From the NCBI RefSeq assembly GCF_036321535.1, contig NC_087436.1:25422001-25486000 (forward strand): 64,000 bases of DNA, read 5' to 3'. The notes beneath the pieces are model-generated. The model was given only the letters and a program-made list of their open reading frames with translations, searched no databases and was not told the origin of the DNA. The stretch comes from Camelus dromedarius. Taxonomy: Eukaryota. Of this stretch, positions 13,201 to 25,570 are shown in pieces (the first letter of the stretch is position 1; the number at the start of each line of letters is the position of its first letter). The position numbers were made by a program, and so were the translations under genes.

Positions 13201-14092
13201 CCCTCCCTCTCTACCACCCCATCCGCCACCCACCTTTCTTTCTTCCTTTCCCTCCCTTCACATCCTCCCCTTCCCTATCTATATTTTTCCTACTAACTTC
13301 TCCATTTGTCTAGCCATGCACCCTTCCTTGTTTTTCTCTGTCTCTTCTCTCTCCCTCCACGTACACCCACCCACCTTTTTCTCTACCTACCTCTACATTC
13401 ATCCAACTACTCACCCTTCCATACATCTATCAATCCATCTAAGTCCCTAGTCAGCCACCCACATAACGTTTTTTCTTCCTTCCTCCCTGTCACCCCATCA
13501 TCCACCCACTTTATCTATCCACTTACCTACCAACCTATACATTTGTCCAGGAACCCACCCTTCAATACATCCATCTATCTATGAACCCATGTACCTACCT
13601 ATTAAGACACCCAACTTTTTCCTTCCTTCTTTCTATCTCCCTCCCACATGTCTATCTCTTTACCTACTTACCTCTGTATTCGTCCATACATCTATCAATC
13701 CATCTATGTACCTATCCAGCCACACACATTTCCTTCCTTCCTTCCCCCTCCTCTCCCTCCGCATCCTCCCACCCAACTATCTTTTTACCTGCTTACCTCT
13801 CCATTCGTCCAGCCACCCAGTTTTCCATACATCCATCTACTACCTCATGTACCTACATATCTACCCACCCACCTTCCTTCCTTCCTTTTTTCTGTCCCCT
13901 GCATCCACCCACATATCTACCTCTCCATTCATTCAGCTACCCACTCTTCCACACATCAATCATTTAAGTACCTATTCCAGCCACCCACATAACTTTCTTT
14001 ACTTCCTTCCTTCCCTCTCTCCCCATCTTCCACCCACCTACCCTTCCATCTGCCTACAAACCTATATACCTACTTATCCAGCCACCCATTTT
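10260..14092. repeat. C/T-rich complex satellite built from CCAT/CTAC/CTTC-type units
   Basis: Very few G on the + strand. Recurrent motif cccttccatacatccatctatgaacccatgtacctacctatccagccaccca. Confidence 0.95.
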
Positions 14093-14986
14093 TCCTGGTC
14101 CTTGATTTTGTTCATTGGTATCTGTGAATTTGATTAAGCATTCTCCTCACCTGTTCTCTGTGGCAGAGAGAGTTCTTCACTAGTCAGCTCAGTTTAGCTC
14201 TGGATTTGTTCACAGATAACTCCCTTGGGTGTCTAGGCTTGATAACAGGGTCTGTTTTGGGGTGAGGCAACTGCCTGAGCTTTGAGGTCAGAGTGGGGTG
14301 GCTGCTAGCTGAGGATTTGGATAGGACTTCTGGCTTGCTTCCCTCACCAAACAAGGATGAAATATGGTTTCTGCAGCTGCCTGGGTCCTCTGGTGAGACA
14401 GTTGGGGCTTAGTTCTTAGCAGTTAGGGCTATGAATTAGCTTCCCTTCCCTGGCAGAACAGGAGAAATGTTCCCAGGACCTGCATAGCTCATTGTTTTGG
14501 ACCCAAATTAGGCAGGACTGAATTCCCTGGCCAGACAAACCACCTGTTTAGCTTTGCAGGTGGGGAAAGCCACAGGCTATGCTCTCTGTTCAGCTTACAC
14601 TGTATGCGGGTCTGCTGAGTGGGTAAGCAGCTTCTCACGTGCTCTGCTTAGGTCACCTGTTCGGGCAGCCTGAAGCTGAGCCATGATGTGGGGGAGAGAC
14701 AGATGTTACCCTGGGCTCTCGTTCCCCTTTGGAATGAACCATAGGCTCAGGGACAATCATTCTGTGTGGAGCTGTGCTGGCCTGAGGGAGGGCAGTGTAA
14801 TCAGCATACAACTATTTCTTTTACCTCTAATGCAGCCGGTCTTGGTCTCTGTGATGCAGGTGATGCTTCAATCTCACTCCCATGTTCTAGGATTTTCTCA
14901 TTAATGAATAGTTGTTATTTGTGACTTTGCTCCCCATCACAAGAGGAACAACTGACTTACGTCACAACCTTGGTGATATCATTCTC
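14093..14986 (-). mobile_element. L1M-type 5' region, probably the same element as 6921-10258
   Basis: GC-richer 5' UTR-like sequence ending caaccttggtgatatcattctc, similar to L1M 5' termini. Confidence 0.7.
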
Positions 14987-14989
14987 TAG

Positions 14990-15320
14990 AAGTGTTTCTT
15001 TACATGTTCATTAGAAACCCAGCCTGATGGACACTCTCCCATCTTCAACAGCGCTCCCAATATCACCTGAGAATCAACATCAGCTTGATTTTGAGAAAAG
15101 ATCAGAATTACAGGATCTTAAGAGGTTTTTATGGGACAGTCCTAGAAATGGCATAAGAACTTTGGCCCACATTCCACTGATCATAACCCAGTCACATGGA
15201 CATTAGGATGTTTAAGGAAGGCTGGAGAATATGTTGTCTACTTTGGCAACTGCTAACAGCCTGAGTTATACACAATAGGGAGCAAAAATCTTTGGCAGAC
15301 AACTAGCCATCTTTGCTATA
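14990..15320 (-). mobile_element. MLT1 (MaLR) LTR, right part of a split element
   Basis: acccagcctgatgg...ccatcttcaac and gcccacattccactgatcataacccagtcacatgg...aaggaaggctggagaat are MLT1J/K-like motifs. Confidence 0.75.
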
Positions 15321-15730
15321 AGACATTGAAAAGTATATAACCTCTCTTCATGTTGTCTAGTATATAAAGAAGATAACTAATAGAATGTCCAGTTAATGTA
15401 GCATGTTCAAATATATCATACCTGTCTGAAGAATGATTCCTTTACCTGAAAGAAATGATTTGAATACTTACCTAGAGGCTAGATAAAGGGTGCCAGAGAG
15501 GAAAAATCTAGTATCTCCAGCAGTTCTAGAAAAGAACGTATACAGACCAGTAGCATTAAGCATCTAATCCTGACAGGCCTATTCTGTATAGAATGGATAC
15601 GTCAAATGTGTATGTTGGTGATGGTAGCCATTGAGATTATCCAGTAAGACTTACTGTGATTGTATAATTGCATATTTAACATAAAATCATCTAATAATCC
15701 TATGATCTCCCACATAAATTTTTCTTGTAG

Positions 15731-15752
15731 GAAAAGAAGATACTGCTAGCTA
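15731..15752 (+). CDS. Candidate 22-nt microexon, possibly containing the stop codon
   Basis: Acceptor aaatttttcttgtag and donor CTA|gtaagt. Spliced to the two earlier candidates it reads RPGCIEISVEKNTKRRYC* or DLDALRSVLKKTRKEDTAS. Confidence 0.5.
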
Positions 15753-15904
15753 GTAAGTATTCTGTTTTGCCTGGCTGTTTTATTTCTCTGTGTAAAACAA
15801 TTCATTAGCATTTTGGTTAGTACATCAATCTCTTATGAGGTAAATTAGCATAGGTTTTAGAGTTTCATAGTACTAATTTCCCTGTCCAATTTCGAAATCA
15901 ATTG

Positions 15905-16439
15905 AAAAAGAAGACCAATAGAGTTAGGTAGATGAGAGATCATATATGACTTGTTTACATTAATAAAGTTAATACTGGAAACTGGGACATATGTCTGCAG
16001 AATTACACAGGTTTACCCTTCCAATCAAGGCAATGCTGGAAGGATGCACACCACCTCCTACAGAGTTTCCCCTATATGGTTTATGACACAAAGAAGCAAA
16101 GCATAGCATTGGACACATGGTGGCAGCAGATTCAACTCCCAGTAGGCCTTGAGCTTCATTATACACTCATTGTAATATATTAACACGGTAAATGGCACTC
16201 ACAAGGCTGATCATAAAAGGTCAAACAGTGGGCAGTGGCCCTATTCCTGGGAATCCCAGCCCCTTCTACAAAGTAGTTGGAATAATCCTCCCACTTGTTA
16301 ACATATAAAATAACCAAGCACATAAAAATTAGCAACATTGCATCTCATGGACGCTCTCCCTTCAGAGTAAAATGGCCCACAATCTGTCTATGGATTATGT
16401 ATCTAAGTAAATCTACCTTTACTTTAAAAAAAAAAAAAA
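15905..16439 (+). mobile_element. MER41-like ERV1 LTR lacking U5 and ending in poly(A)
   Basis: ggtggcagcagattcaactcccagtaggcc...cattatacactcattgtaat...gtgggcagtggccc resembles artiodactyl MER41. AGTAAA at 16406 and A14 at 16426-16439. Left boundary is uncertain. Confidence 0.65.
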
Positions 16440-16798
16440 GATCAGAAAGACACATTTCTTATGTGTAATCTAAAACATGATACAAGTGAACTTATTTACA
16501 AAATAGACAGACTCACAAACAGAAAACAAACTTATGGTTACAAAATGGGGAGGGATAAATTAGAAGTTTAGGATGAGCAGATACAAACTACTATATATAA
16601 AATAAGATAAACAACAAAGACCTACCATATATCCCGGGTAACTATAGTCAATATCTTGTAATAACCTATAGTGGAAAAGAATCTGAAAAAAGGATATATA
16701 TGCATATACATATACACATCTATATAACTGAATCACTTTGCTATACACCTGAAACATTGTAAATCACTATTTATTTCAATTAAAAAAAATTAAAAAGG
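16440..16798 (+). mobile_element. Artiodactyl L1 3' UTR fragment
   Basis: gaacttatttacaaaatagacagactcac...actgaatcactttgctatacacctgaaac followed by an A-rich tail. Confidence 0.88.
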
Positions 16799-18599
16799 AT
16801 GGTAGCAAGCATGCCCAGGCCGTCAAACTGGCAAGTCATCTATTTGCCATGAGACTGAGAGGCAGAGAGATGCCCTGAGAATTAAACTAGAAGAGCTCAC
16901 TCCATGTGACACTGATCTGGTTGGGGCAGGTGAAGACAGCAGCAGCATTCATGTATGACAAACACGAATTATTCCCCTAGAGATAACCAATGACCTGTGA
17001 GTGTATGTAAATTAATTTTTTTTTTTAGTTGTAGGTCTGAGAACCCAAAGTTTATACCACAGAAAACAATGTGTGCCGTCCAAGTGCATAGGCATCATTT
17101 TCAAATAACATTTCTATGTTGTTGCTCCTTACCTTCAGCAGTTTCTAATATTTACAGTTTCTTAACTCAAGATTCTTATTCTGTCCAACTACTTTTGAGA
17201 CAGAGCAGATAGTTTTAACATGTAAACATTCTTTTTCACATCATAGCATTTGTGTATAAGCACAAGTTTAAATCATACAACTAAATGAAAATAGGAAACA
17301 ACTGAAAATATAGACAACACCATTATATTAAGGGTGACTTCAAAGTTATATTGGCAATAGGAAATTTCTTAAGGTAGCAAGAAAAAAATCAGTATCATGA
17401 TACACTGAGGGAGAGCAGAGTCACATTTTAAAGATTTATTACTGAGGGCTTACAATTGAAAGGCAGATGTGCTCATGCAGAAATCGACGAAAATGATCTG
17501 ATATGCCAAGGAAACAAAACAAACACTACTTCAGAAGAGCTGAAAAGTTAAGCATTGATTGGAAGTATGATACTTAAAAGACAAAGACATTTTTGTACCT
17601 TTTGCCTCACTCAAAAGATGCAAGAAAATCTTTCAGAAAAGAATAAAATTTGACATTGTCTGTGAAAATGATATTTAGAAGTGGTATATTTTAACTTTAA
17701 TATGCTCTCCTTATGAAAGACTCATGCAATCTCCAACAGTTGCTAGTTCACTTAATTGTACCATAACTCAGGGTGTGAATAATGCTATTAATAGGTCCAG
17801 AAATATTTTCTTGCCTTAAACAATTTAGAGTTCTATTTTAAATACTTTTCATAATTTTGCATTATGGCATTTGAATCACAACTGCATTTAAAACTACTGT
17901 GAAAAAAGCAGTGAAAGTGACAGGCCTTACCCCAATGGACAGGCAGTTGATACTTTCGCATGAAGCATCAGTGCAGAGCAAGAAATTCACTTCTGGTTTC
18001 ACGGGAATACTAATTAGGCTGTGTCTGTATACAACCAAGTGAGTTAAGATTCAATTTATAAAGTGAAATTCATAAGAGACACATTTAGTGGTCAAAATGA
18101 GGAAAAAAAGAAAAAGATTCTTGATAAAGTAGTAGCCTATTTATAAATATGATGGATGAAGGAAGGATATTGATGGGCCATCTCTATTTTTTCCAGACTG
18201 TTTCTACACCAAGAACAGCAATGGTGGTGGTGAATCATAATGGAGGCTAGACTATGAGTAGCATCCAGTGTTACAGCAGGGGACTGAACTGACTAAGCAG
18301 AAATCAAAACTAACCATCAAACAAAATACCTAAGCACTACAAGCTTCACCAAGAACTAACAAACATCTTCTGTCTGGGTGACTGCGTGTCCTGAGGGTGG
18401 AATGCCAAAAGCTGAATTCTCAGCATTTTCTTCCTGGAGTTGTGATCCCAAATCAATATTCATCTGTTTGCCTTAACTATTGCCGAGCAAACAGCTGTAC
18501 CACATAAAATTACCTCGTTCGAAGACGAAGTGGAGGCAAAAAGTTCCAGCTCAGAACATATGCACTGATACTGTAGGAAAGGGAGGAGTGATAAATATA

Positions 18600-19500
18600 A
18601 TAATTAAGCTTATAAGCTTTTGCACAGCAAAGGAAAGCAAAACAAAAAGACAACCTACAGAATGGGAGAAAATATTTGCAAATGATACAACTGACAAAAA
18701 CTTAATTTCCAGAACATATAAACAGCTCATACAACTTAATAGAAATAAACAATCTAAAAATGGGCAGAAGAACTAAGCAAGCAATTCTCCAGTGAAGACA
18801 TATAAATGGCTGATAGGTAGATGAAAAGATGCTCAGTATCACTAATGATCAGAGAAATGCAAATCAAAACTACAGTGAGGTATCACCTCACACCAGTCAG
18901 AATGGCCATCATTCAAAAGTCCATGAACGATAAATGCTGGAGAGGCTGTGTAGAAAAGGGAACCCTCCTACACTGCTGGTGGGAATGCAATTTGATGTAG
19001 CCATTATGGAAAACAGTATAGAGATTTCTCAAAAAAGTAAAAATAGACTTACCTTACAATCCAGCAATCCCATTCCTGGGCATATGTCCAGAGGGAACTC
19101 ACTGCAAAAAGATACATGCACCCCAATGTTCATAGCAGCACTATATACAACAGCCAAGAAATGAAAGTAACCTAAATATCTATGGACATACGACTGGATA
19201 AAGAAGTTGTGGGGGGTGTTTGTGTGTGTGTGTATAATGGAATACTACTCAATGATAAAAAATAATGCCATTTGCAGAGCGTCATCTAAGTGAAGTAAGC
19301 CAGAAAGAGAAAAATACCATATCACTCATATGTGAAATCTAAAAAAAGAAAGAAAAAGACACTAATGAACTCACCTACAAAACAGAAACAGACTCACAGA
19401 CACAGTAAACTTATGGTTACTTGGGGGAAGGGGAAGGGATACATTTGGGAGCTTGAGAGTTGTAAATGTTAGCCACTATATATAAAAATAGGTTTAAAAA
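18600..19500 (+). mobile_element. Young (camelid-type) L1 3' fragment
   Basis: ORF2 C-terminal peptides ([27 protein letters not shown]). The 3' UTR closely resembles that at 56950-57100 but stops early. Confidence 0.92.
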
Positions 19501-20261
19501 ATTCAAATAACACACTTCAGAAAAAATAATTCTACCCAGACAACAGGAAACATTTCACACAAATACATCTCCATACCCTTAAACAAACCTCTCCTTTAGA
19601 AAAAAATTCTAACATAAAATGAAATGTAAAGGATAAAGGAGATTGAAAATAGTGATTAAAAAAGAGAGAAGGCACAGTAGCAGATAAAATAGGAACCAGC
19701 AAACCACAGAAAATGTAGAAATGAAGCAATCAAACCACTACACTAATGTAAACTACATTTGAACCAGGAAGAAATAGAAGAAATACTACTGAAAACAGAG
19801 AAAGGAATAAGGACAAACACAACCAAAGTAGGAAAAACAAAATAGTTTAAAACATTTTAATGAATGTGATTAATGGGATGATAGACATGGAAAAAACAGA
19901 AAACGAGTGGAATTCTAAAAAGAGACTATTTTAAAAATTCACAAAGAACATTTCCTGAAATAATAGGAGAATTGGCTCTCTAGACCAAAAATGCAAAATT
20001 TGTCCCAGGAAAAGTTGATTTAAAATGATGAACCCTGGCATACGTTGATAACATTATTGAACTTGAAGGCTCAGGAAAGAAACCTATGGCATTCAGACAG
20101 AAAAATTAAATTACCTGTAAAGATGAAGCATAAAATAACTGGCTTCAGGGTTCTCTTCAGTAAATGATATTAGCCAACAGTTGAGCAATATGGAGTACTC
20201 CACACAGACATATCCTAAATTTTTTTATAACACTTATATTTTTATTCATTTAAAATATGAA
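19500..20261 (+). mobile_element. HAL1-like (half-L1) ORF1 remnant
   Basis: aagaacatttcctgaaat...gtcccaggaaaagttgat...tatggcattcagacagaaaa...actggcttcagggttctc follows HAL1 ORF1. It resumes at ~23075-23225. Confidence 0.65.
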
Positions 20262-23075
20262 TGGGACTTCTGGTTTAATATGATGATGCAGAAATCCTGA
20301 ACTCACCTCCGTCCACAGACACACTAAATCTAGGCTACATGTGGAACAATAGCCTGGAAAAAGAGAAACCAACTAGCCGAGTAACCCCTGCACGCCAGGT
20401 AAGTGAGAAGGAAAGCCTAAGAAGCGGGTGGGAGTGGCGGAGAGGCAAACTGGCCACCAGCCCACCCCCTGCACAGTGGCTCAAATCCCCACCTTCTCCT
20501 TGAGAAGCAAAAGGTTGGAACTCCAGATCAAGTATTCCAACTTGTAAGCGTCCAGCTGAGAGACAAGACCCCGAACCATCTAGTTTTGAAAGCTAACAGG
20601 GCTTGCATCCATGAGAACCAGAGGGCCACAGTGAGCTGAGAAACGGTCCTTACAGGGCCCTGGCACTCCAGACTCAGCTGTCCTACCGCCCAGTACGGAG
20701 GCAGGCATCTTCTTTAACCCACATTTAGGAGCCTGCTGAAATACTCTCCGGGGGTGGAGTTTGGCAGGTGCCAAGTTTATCCTCTCCCTCTACTCACTCC
20801 AGCTCACTGGTGTCTTCCAGAAGGAGCTTGTACCCTTGCTGGCACCCTCATTTTTGTGGCTGCTACCCAAGGGACATCCCTATGTCACCCGGCTCTGGTG
20901 GCCAGAGAGGCATAGGCTCTCGGGTCCCCTAGGACTATAACAAACTGAGAAAGAATTCTTAGCTATCATCACCAGGGCACAGCAAGAGGCAGCAAACAGA
21001 AATGCCCAGTCTTTCTATGAAAGATGCCTATTAGCTAATACTCACAGCTGCTGTCGAGAGGCAGGGTTCTAATTAAATACATATCTAAGAGCCAACTTTA
21101 ATCCTTTCCAGAGACCCTAGAGGGTGGGCAGTATCTTTGTCCTCTCCCTCTGCCATGCTCCAGCCAGCCAGTACCTCTCAGAAGGGAGCCTGTACACATG
21201 CCCCGGTTGTGCAGGTGCTGCCCAGGGGCTGCTGCTTGATCGTTTGTGGTGGCCATTGGGGCTCGAATTCATGAGTCTTGTGTCACTGTAACAAAGGGAA
21301 AGACAGTTCCTGGCTGGCTACCACCCCCATGGCAGCACAGGCAGCAGACTGAAACATACCCAAAGTCTATGAAAGAGGACCACTAGCTTGACCTGGAGCT
21401 TCTGCCTGAAGGGCAGGCTTCTCCTTTGACACACAACTAGGTGCCATCCAGGGACGAAAGCTATTCGGTACCATCTTTGTGCTCTTTCTCTGCATTACAA
21501 CAGCTCACCATTATCTCACAGAAAGCAGCTTGTGCACACTTCTGACACCCAATTTTTGTGGCTGCCACCCAGGGAACACCTCTAAATGACGTAGGTCTGG
21601 TTTCCAGTGAGACTTGTGCTTGCAAGGAGCCAAGAGTGTACAGTGGAGAAAAGGACAGTCTCTTCAGTAAGTGCTGTTGGGAAAACTGGACAGTCTCATG
21701 CAAAAGAATGAAACTGGGTCACCGTGTTATACCATAAACAAAAATTAACTCCAAATGATGAACGACTTGAATGTAAGACCTGAAACCATTAAACTTCCAG
21801 AAGAAAACATACGCAGTAAGCTTTTTACATTGGTCTTGGTGATAATTTTTTCAATTTGATACCAAAAGTGGAAGTAAACAAGTGCGACCACATCTAACTA
21901 AAATGATTCTGCACAGCAGAGGAAACCAACACAATGAAGACAGCCTACTGAATGAGGAAAAAAAAAAATCTTCAAATTATTTATCTTATGCAAATATATA
22001 TGCAAAGTATGTGTAAAGAATTTGTACAATTCAATAACAAACAAGAAATCTATTTAAAAATAGGCAGAGCATCTAAACAGACAATTTTTCCAGAGTAAAA
22101 ATATAGATGTCCAACCGGTACCTGAAAAGATGTTCAACATCACTAATCATCAGGAAAATAAAAATCAAAGCAATGATGAAATATCACCTTATTATATCTG
22201 TTAGAATGGGTATTATAAAAAAGGTATGAAATACCAGGTACTGGCAAGGATGTGAGGAAAAAGAATCTTTGTGCACTGTTTGTGAGAATGTAAATTGGTA
22301 CAGCCACTAGGGCAAACAGGATGGATATTCCTCCAGAATATAAACAGAACTACCATATAATTCAACAATTTTACTTCTGGGTATTTATCCCAAGAAAATA
22401 AAGATAGTATCAAAAAGATATCTGCACTCCCAGTTCCGTGAAGCACATTTATCATAGCCAAGATATGGAAGCGTCCTAAGTTCCCACTGATGGATGAGTG
22501 GATAAAGAAAGCATGAGTTTGTTTAGATGGATAGATAGATAAACATACATACACTGGAATATTATTCAGCCTTAAATGGAAAATCTTGCCATTTGCAGCA
22601 ACAACATGGATGGATTCTAGGACATTATGCTCAGTGAAATAAGTCAGGAAGACAAAAACCACATGATCTCACTTACATATACAATTAAAGAAAACCCTAC
22701 AAAACAAGAAACAAACCAAGCTTATAGACACAGAGAACGGATTGGTGGTTGCAAGAGGTGGGAATGTGGGGTGAGTGAAATGGGTGAAGAAGATCAAAAC
22801 GCACCAACTTCCAGTCGTGGGCTGTAATGTACAGTATGGTGACTCTGGTTAATACTGTATTGCATATTTGAAAGTTCTAAAAGAGTAAATCTTGTAAGTT
22901 CTCATCACAAGAAAAATTTTGTAACTGTAACATGATGAATGGTAACTAGATTGATTGTGGTAATTATTTTGCAATATATATAAATATTGAATCATTGTAC
23001 ACCTGAAACTAATATAATGTTAGTGTTATATGTCAATTTTATCTCAATTAAAAATAATTAAAAATTTAAACAAAA
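20262..23075 (+). mobile_element. L1MA-type element with 5' UTR joined directly to the ORF2 3' end and 3' UTR
   Basis: The 5' UTR with ~350-bp monomers runs to ~21622. It is followed by aaggagccaagagtgtacagtggagaaaaggacagtctcttc (late ORF2) and an L1MA9-like 3' UTR. Confidence 0.88.
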
Positions 23076-24914
23076 ACAAAGTCTTTCCTAAGTATATACA
23101 CTTAACAAATAGAGACATGTATTTACCAAATAACCTTTCTTGATAAAGAAAAATTAAGATATTCAACCAAGAGATAATTAGCACATACAAATCAGGAATG
23201 ATGAAGCTATGGTTTTAAAAGTGTCATTTCCTTATATAGAAATATATTCCATTTATAAAGTATAAAAATAAATCTTGTACAAATTTGGGCATTATTGATA
23301 CCGAAATGACAATGGTTTAAGCCTTTGTAATGGGAGACCCTATTTCTCTCTCAATATACCATTTACCCCGCCTTCTCAACAGTCCATTATTATATACAAG
23401 ATTCAAAAGTTCATCTGTTCTGTGTAAGAGCCAGAACTAGCCTTCACTGTGTTTAAACAAATCTTTCTGGAACTCTATGTACATTCTTTGTTCCTTATTT
23501 GTAACATTACCTGTGGAATGGAAATTTACAGACTCTGCTTTGAACTTACGTTTCTGAACACAATGCCTCTATTCGACCTATTTTAACTTCAAATTACTTT
23601 ATTAATTCTACATCCTTATATCCTAATCCATTATGTGTACCATAGATTTCTTTCCAAAGAATCTTTTTTTTCCTGCATGTAACCACTAACCTCTTCAAAA
23701 TTTCTAAAATTTCAGGAAATACACATGAAACAGATGCCAGATTTAATTCAGTTTGATCATATTGGGCAAAAAAAATCTATATTGGAGTAAAACACAATGG
23801 CTTTTTCTGTGGGTAAACCACAAGAAAGAAGAAAATACCAGTTTTACTGCTCACTTATCCAAAAATATTTATGGGGAATCTTAATTATCAGTGACAATTT
23901 GATGTCTGGCAAATTATGTGATCTGTGTTTATTTGTTAAAAATTAAGTAATGATAATGCTATCAGTAAAATTTTTAAAAGGACATTAACTCACAGAATTA
24001 TGATGATGATTAAGTTAAATGATGCAATGAGAAATCTCTCAACTTAGTGCCTGCAATTTATCAAATGTTCAGTAATTACTGTTTTATTCTCCCAGAGTAT
24101 TGGCCCGCACAATGCATTCACATAAAACAGCCCCAGTCTCTGTAAGGTGCAAAGCCAAGTAAACAACCTGGAAGTCCCCAAACACAATGCTTCTAGCCAG
24201 CAATCATTTGGGGGAAGACAAAACCACATTGCCTCTTTCCTTTTAGGTCTGAGAAATGTAGCTTGGATATGTTCACCTTCCACAGAGTGACTTTTTGGCC
24301 TTTGCTCTGCCTTCCTGCTTGTCTCCTAAGTCCTATTTTCTGCCAATTCTATTTCAAGACTGACATGATTCCAGGTGCTCCAGCTGCCAGTTCTACAACA
24401 CCGTGCTTGCTTGCCATCACAGGACTGGAAGGACAGTTACAGCAGAGAGACGTCTTCCCTGCCTGCTGTGGCAGTGAGCCTGCCACTGTGGCCACCCTGG
24501 CTTTTCACTTGCTGTGTGTAGGATCTGGCTGTCCTTTTGGATTGCCCTGTCTTGCATTTAGATGCAGAGCTTTTGAGATTAATTCCATGAGCCTTCCCTG
24601 GTACATTACCCCAGAGTATTTTTTTCCCATTATATAAATGCTCATAGCACGATTGTCATTTATCAGACATTTAGGAAGCCAAAATTATCCAGCACCACAC
24701 TAAGTAATACAGACATAAAGATACCTAAAGATCAGTCACTACCTTCAAAACCTTCAGCTAGTAAAATAATCCTTAGTAATTTTTTCTAACATCCCTAAGA
24801 GGACAGAGATCCAGGATCAGAAACCTTAGTTCTTATCCAGCCAAACTGCTGTACCAGATTTCTTAGCATAGATGGTTGGGGATGTCGTAGGAAAGAGCTT
24901 CAACAAAGGAATGA

Positions 24915-25101
24915 GAAAAATAGCAACCAACGTTTACTGAGAGTACACAACTACCAGAAGGGTTTTACATGTATTAACTCATTTATTCTCCCTAACAATC
25001 ACAGAAGTGTGGTACCATTATTATCTCTGTTTTACTGATGAAATGAAAAGCACAAGAAAATTAACCCAGGTTACCTAGTCAGTTAGAGCTGTATTTTGAA
25101 C
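24915..25101 (-). mobile_element. MIR SINE, interrupted by an LTR
   Basis: ttttacatgtattaactcattta...ttattatctctgttttactgatga. It resumes gaactcagctct at 25571. Confidence 0.75.
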
Positions 25102-25570
25102 TGATGAAACAAACATTCATATTCTAAGGCAAGACAAGGAAAATTTAAACATAAAAAATTTTCTCTGCCCTTTGGCCTCCTCCCTCCCTCTACTGTGCAT
25201 TGTGTGTCTCCATTATGACTCCACCAAACCTCCCCATTGGCAGCAATACCTGCTCAGCCATAAAGAACAACATTCTCCCAGCACCATCAAGACAACTCCT
25301 TAGATAATCTTCTTTCTTAATCTTACAAGGGGCCACGATGACCCATGACTCACTACTCGATTTTTACATGCAGATCCGGACTCTGCTAACTACCTACATC
25401 ATTTAATGCACAGCCCTCTGTCTCAAAAATCTATAAAACATGCTTTGAACTTTAACGGGTGGGACAGTTCTTGGAGCTTTCTGAGAGGCTGTTCCCAGGT
25501 TATAATCCTCAGTTTAGCTTGAATAAAATTTTATATTTCTTAGATCAACTAGTTAATTTTTTTGTCGCTG
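25102..25570 (+). mobile_element. Solo ERV1-class LTR (~470 bp) with 4-bp TSD
   Basis: Starts TG, contains ctataaaa and aataaa, and has a MER34/MER39-like gaggctgttcccaggttataatcctcag. GAAC occurs at 25098-25101 and 25571-25574. Confidence 0.85.

Noticed and set aside
10230..14137. Many overlapping long ORFs (up to 198 aa) rich in P/S/H/L/F/Y
   Set aside because: These are artefacts of the G-poor satellite, which rarely forms stop codons. They are open in several frames at once and show no domain signal.
24263..24637. 124-aa + strand ORF and overlapping minus-strand frames
   Set aside because: It starts at a non-ATG codon, has no recognisable homology and lacks good splice sites. It is probably a chance ORF in a locally GC-richer patch.
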